Source: Octopus sinensis
Lineage: Eukaryota
NCBI RefSeq assembly: GCF_006345805.1
Contig: NC_042997.1
Location: 126,108,001-126,172,000 of the forward strand
Length of the DNA stretch: 64,000 nt
Direction of reading: 5' to 3'
In this document: piece by piece, positions 52,865 to 64,000 of the stretch
Position numbering within the stretch: position 1 is the stretch's first letter
How the letters are laid out: the number at the start of each line of letters is the position of its first letter
Made by a program: the position numbers and the translations under genes
Notes under the pieces: model-generated
Databases searched by the model: none
What the model was told of the DNA's origin: nothing
The model's input: only the letters and a program-made list of their open reading frames with translations

Positions 52865-52967
52865 CTTCAGTATCAATATCCATGTCAGAACTGGTGTCAA
52901 ATGACCGATGTCGTTTAGGATTTCCATCTTTACCTGTGCCATGTTTCCGTTTTTTAGCATCATCCTG
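52865..52967 (-). CDS. ZCCHC8: ZCCHC8 exon (QDDAKKRKHGTGKDGNPKRHRSFDTSSDMDIDTE)
   Basis: tttctctattcag|cag| NAGNAG acceptor, G|gtagtt donor; phases fit neighbours; basic NLS-like patch and SDMDID motif. Confidence 0.82.
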
Positions 52968-54110
52968 CTGAATAGAGAAATATGGAGATAAGAATATACT
53001 GACCATCAGCTTTAAACATGGCTGCCTTAACAACAAAAATTTTCAGAATGGTGATGCTGGCAGTAATGCAATTGCTACAGTGATGGTGCTGGTGTTGGAG
53101 TTGTCATGGTAACAATGGTGGTGTGATTAGGGTGATGATATTGTTATGTAGTTGGACTCATGATCATAACACCATGGTTTCAATTCCTAGACCAGGTGAC
53201 GTATTGTGTTCTTGAGCAAAACATTTCCATTTCATGTCGCTCCATTCCACTCAGCTGGCAAAAACAAGTAACCCTGTGACGAACTGGTGTCCAGTCCAGA
53301 TGGGGAACATACATGCCATAGAAACCGGCCCTTATGAGTCGGCATGACCCAAGAAAGTAAAGGCGGTGAGCTAGAAGAAACGTTAGCACACTGGGCAAAA
53401 TGCTTAACAGCATTTCGTCTGTCTTTACGTTCTGAGTTCAAATTCTGCCAAGGTCAACTTTGCTTTTCATCCTTTTGGGGTCGATAGATTAAGTACCAGT
53501 TGCATACTGGGGTCAATCTAATCGATTGCCCCCCCCCCATCTCCCCCAAAATTTCAGGCCTTGTGTCTAGAGTAGAAAAGGTTATATAGTAGTTGTTATG
53601 GTGACTGTGTTAGTTATGAATTTGTAATGATGTAGTTATAGTTATGTTGTGGTTGTGGTGATAGTGGTAGGGTAGTTGTGATGATGGTGTTGGTTATGTA
53701 GTTGTTATAGTAATAATGGTCGTAGCATAGTTGTTTGGTGATGATGGTAGTGATTGTAAGGTCACTATAGTAATATAGTTATTGTCTTCAAACGCTGGGT
53801 CTCACAGAGGCAATGACAAGTGCCTGAAACCTTTGGTGATATGCCAAGCTTGAGAAGACGTGTCAAGCCAAGTGAAACCGTAGTTGTGGTTGATGCTGGT
53901 ATTACATAACAGGCACCCGTGTTGGTGGCATGTAAAAAGCACCCTTCAAACATTGGGCCTCATGGAGGTGATAAGTGACCGAGATCTTTGGTAATATGCT
54001 GTGCTCGAGAAGACTTATAAAACCAAGAGGAATCATAGTTGTGGCCAATGCCAGTGTTTCATAACTAGCATCCATGCTGGTGGCACATAAAAAGTGCCCA
54101 TTACACTCTT

Positions 54111-54342
54111 ATTTCTTTATTGCCCACAAGGAGTTAAACACAGAGGGGACAAACAAGGATAGACAAAGGGATTAAGTTGATTACATCGACCCCAGTGCGT
54201 AACTGGTACTTAATTTATCGACCCTGAAAGGATGAAAGGCAAAGTCCACCTCGGCGGAATTTGAACTCAGAACGTAACGGCAGACGAAATACTGCTAAGC
54301 ATTTCGCCCGGCGTGCTAACGATTCTGCCAGCTCGCCGCCTT
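54111..54342 (-). mobile_element. Young SINE family C copy nested in family B, with an 18-bp TSD
   Basis: AGTGCCCATTACACTCTT at 54093-54110 and 54343-54360. Confidence 0.88.
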
Positions 54343-54722
54343 AGTGCCCATTACACTCTTGTAGTGGTTGGTGTTAGGAAGAGCATCCAGCTGTAGAAAT
54401 CATGCCAAATCAGCTTGGAATCTGGTGCAGCTCCTCAGTTTATCATTTTCAATCAAACTGTCTAACCCATGCCAGTATGAAAAGCAGGCACTAAGTGATG
54501 ATGATGATGGTTGCAGTGTAATTGATGTGGCACAGAATTTCTTCAGAGACAGTTATGGGAGCAGGAAAGGTGTAAAGTCATAAACTTCTCAGTGCAGTCC
54601 ATTAACCAGTGCATAAAAACTTTAATTAACTGCAGCTTCTTAATTAGCTGGGTCAAAAGCTGAGAAGGGTTCTAAGATAATCTGTAAAAAAAAAAAGAAA
54701 AAAAAAAGCACAGATGTCTTAC

Positions 54723-54791
54723 TTGGCTGGAATGCAATACTGTTTTCAACTGATGTTCTTGGATGGGAGGTAAGTTATACTTGTAGTGTTC
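54723..54791 (-). CDS. ZCCHC8: ZCCHC8 exon (EHYKYNLPPIQEHQLKTVLHSSQ)
   Basis: Long T tract ...ctttatctag| acceptor, |gtaaga donor; 69 nt, phase 0/0; position matches the segment after PGFN..P..D. Confidence 0.8.
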
Positions 54792-56266
54792 CTAGATAAA
54801 GAAAAAAAAAAAATAGAAATAACAATAATTAGCAGTGAGGATTAGACAGTTCAGGATATGTAGCAGACCCCTGTTGGAAAATGAAATTGACACTTTGTGA
54901 GAACAAGGCCATTAAAGACCGTCTGTTTGGTCGCAGATGATTTGGCATCGTTGGACTGGACATTTAGCCTATTTGGGTGAAAGTACTTTTTGGTATTGTG
55001 TGCTGCATGAGCACACAGAAATATACTGAGAGAGGGGGGGGGGAGGGAAAGAGATTAAAACATCTAATGTCCTTAAATCAGAGATGCCAAAACATGCCAT
55101 GCCTACTAAAGACTGTGATTTGTAGTTCATTTGTTGGGAATTTCAAACTAGATAAATTAGCAAAACATTCTCTGAGGTTTTCTTTGATTCTTTTCTTTTA
55201 CTTGTTCCAGTCTCTTGACTGCAGCTATGCTGGGGCACCACCTTGAGGAATTCTTAGTCGAATGAATTGACCTCAGGACTTATTCTGTCATTAAGTTGTG
55301 GGGACATAAATACGCCAAAACTGGTTGTGAAGCAGTAGTGGGGTACAAACACAGACATAAAGATGCATACACAAACGTAAACCTAAAATGGGCTTCTTTC
55401 AGTTTATGTCTATCAAATTCACTCACAAGGCTTTGGTTGGTCCAAAGCATTAGTAGAAGACACTTGTCCAAGGTGCAGTGGGGCTGAACCCAGAACCATG
55501 TGGTTGAGATGCAAACTTTTTACCACACAGCTATGCCTGCACCTATTTGTGAATTAAAAAAAATTTACTCACATGCCGATGCCAGTGTCCCTGGACTGGC
55601 TCCTGTGCCAGTGGCACGGAAAAATCACTATCTGAACATGGTTGATACCAGTGCCCCGACTGGCTCCTGTACTGGTAGCATGTAAAAAGCACCCACTACA
55701 CTCTCAGAGTGGTTGGCATAAGGAAGGGCATTCAGCTGTAGAAGCATTGCCAGATCAGATTGGAGCCTGGTGCAGCCACTGGCTTTCCAGACCTCAGTCA
55801 AACTGTCCAACCCATGCCAGCATGGAAAATGGACGTTAAGCAATGATGATGATTACTTAGCGGATATAAGCTGGCACCTCATCACCATTATTTTTATCTC
55901 TCTTACTCACACCACTCCATTCATGTTCATCCACCCATATATAATGTCAAGTAGGTCTGAATCTTATCAGCAACAATAAACTTATTTTTGTCCCATGCAT
56001 CATACTTTAACCTTTAAACACCTTGCATAAAGCTATCTCCCTTCTACTCAAGGGGGATCTTTAAGTCTTGCAAAGTACGTTGGTATTAGAAAGATGATTC
56101 AGCCAAGATAGCAACACAAAACGTGATTCTTAGGCTCACTGGTTTCTGTCAAACTGTCCAATTCAGCCAGGACAGAAAATAGTCCTGAAATAATGATGAT
56201 AACATTCCCTAGCACCCAATGCTTGAAGAAATTACTATAATGAAAAATAAAAACAAAAATACTTAC

Positions 56267-56337
56267 ATCTCGAAAGCCTTCAGGAAGAGGAACAGTGAAA
56301 CCTGGGTATTCAATAATTAGATTTGGGTCAATCTCAT
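56267..56337 (-). CDS. ZCCHC8: ZCCHC8 exon (EIDPNLIIEYPGFTVPLPEGFRD)
   Basis: ttgtttgcag| acceptor, |gtaagt donor; conserved YPGF motif. Confidence 0.88.
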
Positions 56338-58418
56338 CTGCAAACAAACAAAATGGTATATGATGATAAAACTGAGAAGAGTACGAGTGTAATGTAACAA
56401 GATATGAAAAATCTGGAAAAGACCCAGGTAGAAACCTCCATAGAGACAAACAACCCCTTCCAGAGCAGGTTCAATACAAAAAGGTTAAGAACTTTACCTG
56501 TTCTAATACCTCATCGTCATCATCGTTTAACGTCCACTTTCCATGCTAGCATGGGTTGGACGATTTGACTGAGGGCTGGCGAACCAGCTGACTGCACCAG
56601 GCTTCAATCTTGATCTGGCAGACTTTCTACAGCTGGATGCCCTTCCTAACGCCAACCACTCCGATGGTGTAGTGGGTGCTTTTACGTGCCACCATGTACA
56701 GAAAAGTCTAATTCTTCCTGGTCATGAAACTGTCACTTTTTCCTTAAAATGTTTTACATCTATTTATCTGTGAGTTGGATGGAAAGCAAGGTTTCATTGT
56801 CGGAGTACTGCTAGAACATTTTATCGACTGCTAAGTAGAGAGTTGAGCCTATATTTTATTTAGTTGAGTATACTGCACAGTTAAATGCCATGCTGAGAAA
56901 CACGATAAAAGTGACTATTACTGATTCACTCTGAATCTCTCCTCTAAATGTGATTAACTACAAAGCTCCTTTATAACAAGAACCTGCTCTACTTCACCTG
57001 TTTCTCCCACAACCAACCCTAATCTCCTAGCATAACCCTCCACCACCACTTTTGTAGTCCTGGGAGTTGCATGGTCATCTCACTTGAGTTGGTAGGATGA
57101 AAATGACACTTTGTTAAGTGGTTGGCATTAGGAAGGGGCATCCAGTTGCAAAAACTTTGCCAAAGCAGATACAGGAACATGACCTATCAGATCCAGTCAA
57201 ACCATCTAACCCATGCCAGCATGGAACATGGATATTAAATGATGGTGATGATGATGATAGTAAGATGAACTTATGACTATGCGACAAGTAGCCCAATACC
57301 TTGACCTCACAACCATTGGGATTACATTTCTAAATTTCTAGATAAATTATTTCTGGATTAATAATTCTCTCATTGCTCAATTTAAGATAAGCATGCTGCA
57401 ATCTAGTGATTGGCAGCTTTGGAAGGTCAGTCTCAATGCAGGGAAAATATGGTACCTGAAAGTGACCAAAGATTATTCTTTTATTGATCTCTATACGTTT
57501 TTTGATTTCCTGGTGCTAATTCCACCAGTCCCTTTTTACTAAACGGTGAAGGATTAACACAGACACACAATGAGCTTCTTCCAGTTTCCACCTACCAAAT
57601 TCTCTCACATTGCAATGATCAACCCAGGGCTATATAAGAATAAAAGACACTTGTCCAAGGTGCCATACAGTGGAATGGAACCTGAAACCACATTGTAACA
57701 TTGTAAACTGAACTTCTTAACTAAACACCCACAACTGTGCCTATCAGGGCAACTAAAAGGTACAATTTTTAATGATCTTAGTTTCGTAAATATGTTAAAT
57801 TTTTTTTAGAGAAACTCCTGCAACACATAGTTACTTTCTTGCATTTCCCTCAGGTTGGGCAACCATGTATTTCCTTTGTGGTAGCACATCTGTTTCTGGC
57901 TTCATTCCTGATCTTTCTCTCTCTGGCCGGGTAACCTTGTACTTCCTCTACAGCAAGATACCTGTATCAGTCTCACTGTAACCTTTTCATCATCCAACAC
58001 AAGATCAGCTCTTACAAAGCCTCCTCTCTTAAAAGTTATTTTCTTTCTTTCACAAGTACTTGGTGATCTTGTCAGTACAGGTGCCACTTAAAAGCACCCA
58101 GTCCATACTGTAGAGTGGTTGGTGTTCTGAAGGGCATACAGCTGTAAAAACTTTGCCAAAACTGACCTCACCTGAGCTTGGGGCACGTAAAAAGCACTAC
58201 TCACTTTGCCTGTATTTGTGCCATGTAAAAAGCACAAAGTCCACTCTGCTGAGTGGTTGGTGTTAGGAAGGGCATCCAGCCGTAAAAAAAAACCTGCCAA
58301 AACAGTCACAGAAGTCTGGTACAGGCTTCTGCCTGGCCGGCTCTTGTGAAATCATCCCACCCATGCTAGCATGAAAGGTAGACATTCAATGATGATGATG
58401 ATGATGTTAGTTACTTAC

Positions 58419-58481
58419 CATCTCCAGTTGTTGTCTGCTCAACTTCACCATCTTCAAGAGTGTCACCAGCAACACCAACCT
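58419..58481 (-). CDS. ZCCHC8: ZCCHC8 exon (VGVAGDTLEDGEVEQTTTGD)
   Basis: ttttatttcag| acceptor, G|gtaagt donor; 63 nt, phase 1/1; EDGEV motif. Confidence 0.82.
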
Positions 58482-60005
58482 CTGAAATAAAACGCAAAGT
58501 CATCATTACGAAGTTGCTGAGATATAAGGGACGGCAACATAATAGATTGTGATGAAACACCTTCGACTGGGAAATGTGCTTATGATTCACTGGGATTTCC
58601 CTCACCATTGTTGTCAATGGCAATGTTGGTTTCATTTTAGTGATTTTTTAATATCTTTTATCTATTACTTGTTTCACTCATTAAACTGTGGCCATGCAAG
58701 GGCACTGCTTTGAAGACTTTTCAAGGAAAGCAATCAATCCTAGTACTTGTTATTTTCTTTTTCTTAAGTCTGGCACTTATTCTATTGGTCTCTGTTGCCG
58801 AACCGCTAAGTAATGGGGACGTAAACACACTAACATCGGTTGTCAAGTGATGGTGTGGTGACAAACACAGACACATCTACTCTTATTTGTTTCAGTCATT
58901 TGACTGCAGCCATGCTGGAGCACCGCCTTTAGTTGAACAAATCGATCTCAGGACTCATTCTTTGTAAGCCTAGTACTTATTCTGTCGGTCTATGTTGCGG
59001 GGGATGTAAACACACCAGCATTGGTTGTCAAGTGATGGTGGGGGGACAAACAGACACACAAATATACACATACACACACACACATATATATATACACAAC
59101 GGGCTTCTTTCAGCTTCTATCTTACCAAATTCACTCACAAGGCTTTGATCAGCCTGAGGCTATAGTAGATGACACTTGTCCAAAGTGACACACAGTGGGA
59201 CTGAACCTGGGACCATGTGGTTGGTAAGCAAGCTGCTCACCACACAGCCACTCCTGCACCTATATATATATCCCGTTCCTTTCGAGTGTTGGGCCTCACA
59301 GAGGCAACGACTAAGACCTTTGACATTATGTCATGCTTGAGAAGACCCATCAAGCCAAGCAAAATCGCAGTCGTGATAGATACCGGTGTCATGTAAAAGC
59401 ACCCATTGGAGTGGTTGGCATTAGGAAGGGCATCCAGCCATAGAAAACCATACCAAATCAGACTGGAGCCTGGCACAGCCTTCTGGCATGCCAGCCCAGT
59501 CAAACTGTCCACTCCGTGCCAGCAGGGACAACGGACATTAAATGATGATGATGATTGTGTGTGTGTGTGTGTATGTATATATATATATATATAAAGGTAG
59601 TTTTCACTTGTGTTTAAATGTACACTATTTTATATATATATAGATAGATAGATAAATACATACATACAACGGGCTTCTTTCAGTTTCTGTCTACCAAATC
59701 CACACAAGACTTTGGTCAGTCTGAGGTTATAGAAGACACTTGCCCAAGGTACCACACAGTGGGACTGAAACCCACTGTGTTTTCTAACACATGCATGCAC
59801 ATGTGTGTGAGAGGGAGCAATTACAAACACTCACATATCAACATCACCCTTATCTTATTTATCTAGGTAATGGTTTTCAAATGGGTTAGACAAATGGTTA
59901 CTTAGAAGTGACAGTAGTTTTTAGGCCTTGGAATGGTATGCAAAAGGTTAGACAAATGGCGCAAGATCTAATAACCTAAGAAAGAAAAGAATAACAAATG
60001 CTTAC

Positions 60006-60157
60006 GTTTGCCATGTTTATCAAATAAAGACATTCCTGAGGCAGTCTTTGTCTTGGCTTCCTGTAGCCAGCCTGGAGGGTATCCATAGAACCTCATTCTG
60101 TATATATGAATGGGTACTGTGCTGGGGCCTAGTCTCATAGCTTCTCGTAAACTGTCA
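60006..60157 (-). CDS. ZCCHC8: ZCCHC8 PSP-domain exon (DSLREAMRLGPSTVPIHIYRMRFYGYPPGWLQEAK...)
   Basis: tctatcccag| acceptor, C|gtaagc donor; IYRMR..GYPPGWL is the PSP domain signature. Confidence 0.93.
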
Positions 60158-60628
60158 CTGGGATAGAATAATTCAATAGATAATTCAATAGATAATCTTG
60201 ATAAAAGACTTTTCTAACAAAACAATTAATAACGTGGAGGATGCAATAAAAGTGTGATGGTGTTGGAGCTGTAAAACGAGTTGAAAAGTGAAAACAATTA
60301 AAGAGAAACAAATAGAACCGTTCTTGGGATCCACAAACTGAAGAGAACTAGAAAATAGAACTTCGGTAAATTAAAAAAATTGGTGGGATCATATTAAGAA
60401 ATACTGGAGGAGAGGAATGAAATAGATGAAGAAAATATAATCAGTTTTAAGTCAAAATATTATGGATGAAGCATTTGAAAATCTGAAAGTACAGCTAAAT
60501 AAAATGTGAATGAGACTACAGAAAATTAGAAGTCATGTTGTACATAGAATATAGGAACTTCATATACAACTGAGAGATTGTTTAAAAAACTAGAAAGGAA
60601 ACTTAACTTTAATGTCATTGAGTCTAGA

Positions 60629-60954
60629 GAGGGTCGATTTGCAGAAAAATGCATGCACTGGTTGTATCTCACTTCTTTTTATTATTACTTGTCAGTTAGT
60701 TGACTAATTAACCAATTAACTAATCAATTACTTGACTAATTGATAGATCAATCAATCAATTGGTTTGCCAGAGTCCTTTCACTGCCATTCATGACATCAC
60801 TAACAATGTGCCTTAGTTGTTCCAGGTCTGTCATCAACTGAACAATTAACTGATTAAATAAACAATTAAGTAATCGATTAATTAGTTGGCAAGTAATAAT
60901 GAAAAGAAGTGAAGTTGAGCCCATGTGTGTATTTTTATTGGCAATATGACCCTC
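60629..60954. mobile_element. Old MITE with imperfect long TIRs
   Basis: GAGGGTC... / ...GACCCTC ends; CACTTCTTTT.ATTATTACTTG inner arms are mirrored. Confidence 0.5.
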
Positions 60955-61085
60955 CTAAGATACGATATCCATTTCAACACACAATTTCCCATGAAGAAAT
61001 TTAGAAAACAAATAAATAACCTTAATGATTAAGGTGAATAGTAGAATAGAATAGATGTGGCTGAGCGTAACAATCCAAAACTTAC

Positions 61086-61148
61086 CTTAAATAACCAGGT
61101 TTAAAGGAAGAAAACCGTGGATCAGTTTCAGCATGGTAGCGAGAAGTT
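61086..61148 (-). CDS. ZCCHC8: ZCCHC8 exon (TSRYHAETDPRFSSFKPGYL)
   Basis: aattacag| acceptor, AG|gtaagt donor; RYH...RF..FKPG motif. Confidence 0.9.
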
Positions 61149-61670
61149 CTGTAATTTTGTAAAAAAAAAAAAAAAGCTTACTAATTTCACAAAGGTATGA
61201 ATATTAGTTAAAATACAATATAAAACAGGGGTCATGGGGATGCTACTAACAGACTGCTAATTTGTAGTAGAACTGAAATACTACTCTGAAAAGGTTGCAA
61301 AACACAATGAAAATTTTAGGAAAATAAAAATAAGAAATAAGTGGAAATTTTACCGGTGAGTGTGTTACATTATAAGGCACAAAAAGAAAACGACTCTCTC
61401 CAGACACAACAGAATATGCTTCAACATACAAACTCATATAAAGAATCTTGCAAACCAAATCCAAAAACAAACTGGAATACTACTCGTTTTAGCTATTTCT
61501 CTTAAAACTATTTTAGATATTCCTGAGAAAGCACAAATAACAGACAACCTCAGGTAAACTGTCCTAAAACAGACACAAGAGCTCCAAACCCTTCTAGCTA
61601 CAACTGTGGTCACCCTCACAGCAACCAGTGTTTACAGCTTGACAACAAATATGATACTTCAAATACTTAC

Positions 61671-61799
61671 TTGGGGTTATTACTCTGGCTATTTTGCATA
61701 AAGTTCTGGCGATTCATCTGGATACGAGCTGCATCTCTCTTCTCTTTACAATCTCTGATCATATGGGCTCCGCCACAGTTGAAACACTGTGGCTTCCTC
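61671..61799 (-). CDS. ZCCHC8: ZCCHC8 zinc-knuckle exon (RKPQCFNCGGAHMIRDCKEKRDAARIQMNRQNFM...)
   Basis: cattattacag| acceptor, AA|gtaagt donor; CCHC knuckle CFNC...H....C followed by R.AARI. Confidence 0.93.
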
Positions 61800-62130
61800 C
61801 TGTAATAATGCAATAGACAGCATGAAGCCAAGATATAGAGATATCAAGCCAATATTACACAATGGGAAAATTTCAATGAAATAGTAATTAAGAGAAAATT
61901 AGCAAGAATTATTGTTCCTATTTGTTCCAGCACAGGTCAATAGAAAATACCAAATATATAAAAAATGTCTTCTTATTTCCATTGTCTATGTCTGTGCACC
62001 ACAACTGGTGTTCTGCAGTGTAACCTGACTATAATTTTTTTCCTTTTAGTTATATCTTTAATGCAGGTATGTTGAAAAGAATATAAATGTACTGCAAGTG
62101 AAAAAAAGTTGCAGAGCACTGGTCTATATT

Positions 62131-62433
62131 TTGTATGTTCCTTCTTGAGCCACACCTGGCTCATAAGGGCTGGTTTCCCGGTTTCCTTGGTGTATAGGTT
62201 CCCCACCTGGACGGGACGCCGGTCCATCGCAGGCGAGCTGCAAGATGCAGAAGGGAAGAGTGAGAGAAAGTTGTGGCGAAAGAGTCAGCAGAAGTTTGCC
62301 ATTACCCTCTGCCAGAGCCGCGTGGAGCTTAGGTCTTTCGCTCATAAACACACACATCACCCGGTCTGAGATTCGAACCCGCTATCCCTCGACTGTGAGT
62401 CCGCTGCTCTAACCACTAGGCCATGTGTCTCCA
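62131..62433 (-). mobile_element. SINE family D with a 14-bp TSD
   Basis: CACTGGTCTATATT at 62117-62130 and 62434-62447; tRNA A/B boxes. Confidence 0.88.
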
Positions 62434-62795
62434 CACTGGTCTATATTAGAGATCATTGTATTGTTATTGTTTCTCTAACAAAAGGTCAGTGTTACAACCT
62501 GAGATGGAGTGAGGATGGCTTCATTTTAAAACTTGTGTGGCGAAATGGCTATGAGTGCATAGTGGATATAGAATGTATTTCTGACAGTTGAACTGAGGCA
62601 ATGCAGAATAAAGTGTACTGACCAAATAAACAAAGAAATACCTGCAGTGGATTTGAATTTAAGATCACCGACCCTGTGGTCCAATACCATATCTATTTGG
62701 TTATTGTCTTTTAACCGTGTGTGTGTGCATGCATATTTCTGTTACCAAGTCAAATAGTATTACAGAGTTGAAGTAATGCTGTAGTGTCAACCAAC

Positions 62796-62873
62796 CTTTC
62801 TGGTTTACTCTCTTTGGGTACATCACCCTCTTCCAGGTCAATGGGAAGAGCTTCGAAGAAGACTTGTTCATAT
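62796..62873 (-). CDS. ZCCHC8: ZCCHC8 exon (YEQVFFEALPIDLEEGDVPKESKPE)
   Basis: Acceptor of a U12-type intron (ttttccttaatgaaaag|), AG|gttggt donor; 78 nt; completes the WEIPK-YEQVF motif. Confidence 0.85.
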
Positions 62874-63458
62874 CTTTTCATTAAGGAAAATAACATGGAA
62901 CTAATGAACCAAATTTTGGAATTTCATATTCAAATTAACAGTCACAAGACAATACCATATCTAACGAAGCAACTCATTAAGAAATTTTTTCTGCTGCCGC
63001 ATCGTTGCTGGTCTGATCAGATTGCACAGCTGCACATTGGCCAAGTGTCTCTACCAGGCCTTGAAAATGAAACTGAATAGACAAACTGTATGAAAGCTGA
63101 CCAGATGGATAGTACATGTTCTTGGATGGTATATGGGAGTCTGTCATCTGGGGTAACACTACAGCTTGGCCCAAGGTGATTTCAGTGTAGTCCATTCTGT
63201 TGCACATATTACTTGAACAGGTTTCCAGTTCTGAGGATAAATCCCTTTCTTTCTCCCATCAGTCTTGCAGGCCCTGAAAAGGGTCATTCCATTAAAAAAA
63301 AAAACCCCCTCAAAACTGAAACGTTGGGAATGGTGCTTTACCAAAATGTCAGACTCACCACCACCATCGTTATCATCATCATTATAACCAGCAACACAAA
63401 TGAAAGACTAATAATTCTCACAGACAGATTTCAAAAGTAAAAAACATGTAAAGGATAC
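62874..63458 (-). other. U12-type (minor spliceosome) GT-AG intron of ZCCHC8
   Basis: 5' GTATCCTTT; branch box TTTTCCTTAAT (62880-62890) right before AAG|; no polypyrimidine tract. Confidence 0.88.
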
Positions 63459-63562
63459 TTTGGTATTTCCCAACTGTCAGTCAAAGAGGGTTCAAAATTC
63501 ACTAAAGGCCAACCTGATGTATCAATCATAAAGTTATTGTAGAACTGACTGGTGCCAATGAT
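63459..63562 (-). CDS. ZCCHC8: ZCCHC8 exon (IIGTSQFYNNFMIDTSGWPLVNFEPSLTDSWEIPK); 5' exons lie beyond the window
   Basis: ctccgattaccag| acceptor, AA|GTATCCTTT U12 donor; resembles human ...FCLDKLGQPLLNENPQLSEGWEIPK. Confidence 0.88.
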
Positions 63563-64000
63563 CTGGTAATCGGAGTAAAATAGAATAGAATATGATGAAA
63601 ATTTGGAATGTATGATGGAGGGTGAGATAGCAATGCAGTGGGGAAAATGAAATAGTTTATTGTAAAAACATTACATATTAATAGGAGATGGTGCTTATGA
63701 GAAACAACTATTATATGCCTGTAGTTGGTGACATAAAACAAATGTCACTTGTATGACAAGCTTATTTACAACTATCATGATGTCTAGACAAGGGCACACA
63801 AAAACACACATATACATAAACATACGACAGACTTCTTTCAGTTTCCATGTAATAAGTCTACCCACAAGGTCTTGCGCAGCGGGTTTGATCCTGAGGCCAC
63901 ATGACTGGGAAGCTTGTCAATCACACAGCCATGCCTGTGCCTATGCAAGTATCATGACCATTATTTACATTGGATGGATATGTGTCCTCATCTCATTTGT

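Noticed and set aside
54600-54681. Strong acceptor at 54682 as an extra ZCCHC8 exon
   Set aside because: It would need a 41-nt intron and gives an early stop
56099-56184. Extension of the ZCCHC8 exon through ORF 56099-56449, or an exon at the acceptor at 56185
   Set aside because: The phase-0 frame hits TGA after 11 codons; the exon at 54723-54791 fits homology and phase

Overview
AT-rich, intron-rich animal genomic DNA. The repeat landscape (tRNA-derived SINEs with TA/TG microsatellite cores, (GAT)n-tailed retroposons) points to an octopus or other coleoid cephalopod; this is an inference. Most listed six-frame ORFs are repeat-derived noise, and the real genes had to be assembled by hand from exons. 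(1) The last 6 exons of POLA2 (DNA polymerase alpha subunit B) on +, stop at 11021. (2) A complete 9-coding-exon RAD51 on - (24980 to 11404; 1020 nt, 339 aa), tail-to-tail with POLA2. (3) A + strand terminal exon (46245-46505) encoding a small secreted 8-Cys peptide with eclosion-hormone-like Cys spacing. (4) The last 10 exons of ZCCHC8 (NEXT complex scaffold) on - (63562 to 49977), including a U12-type minor intron. Between and inside these genes are SINEs, CR1/RTE/R4-Dong/Penelope retroelement remnants, TTAA-flanked piggyBac-like MITEs and a Helentron-type element. Also present are a near-perfect 290-bp palindrome, an inverted pair of minimal hammerhead-ribozyme motifs around a tRNA-like head, and an orphan cell-cycle-type promoter cluster at about 37.6 kb.
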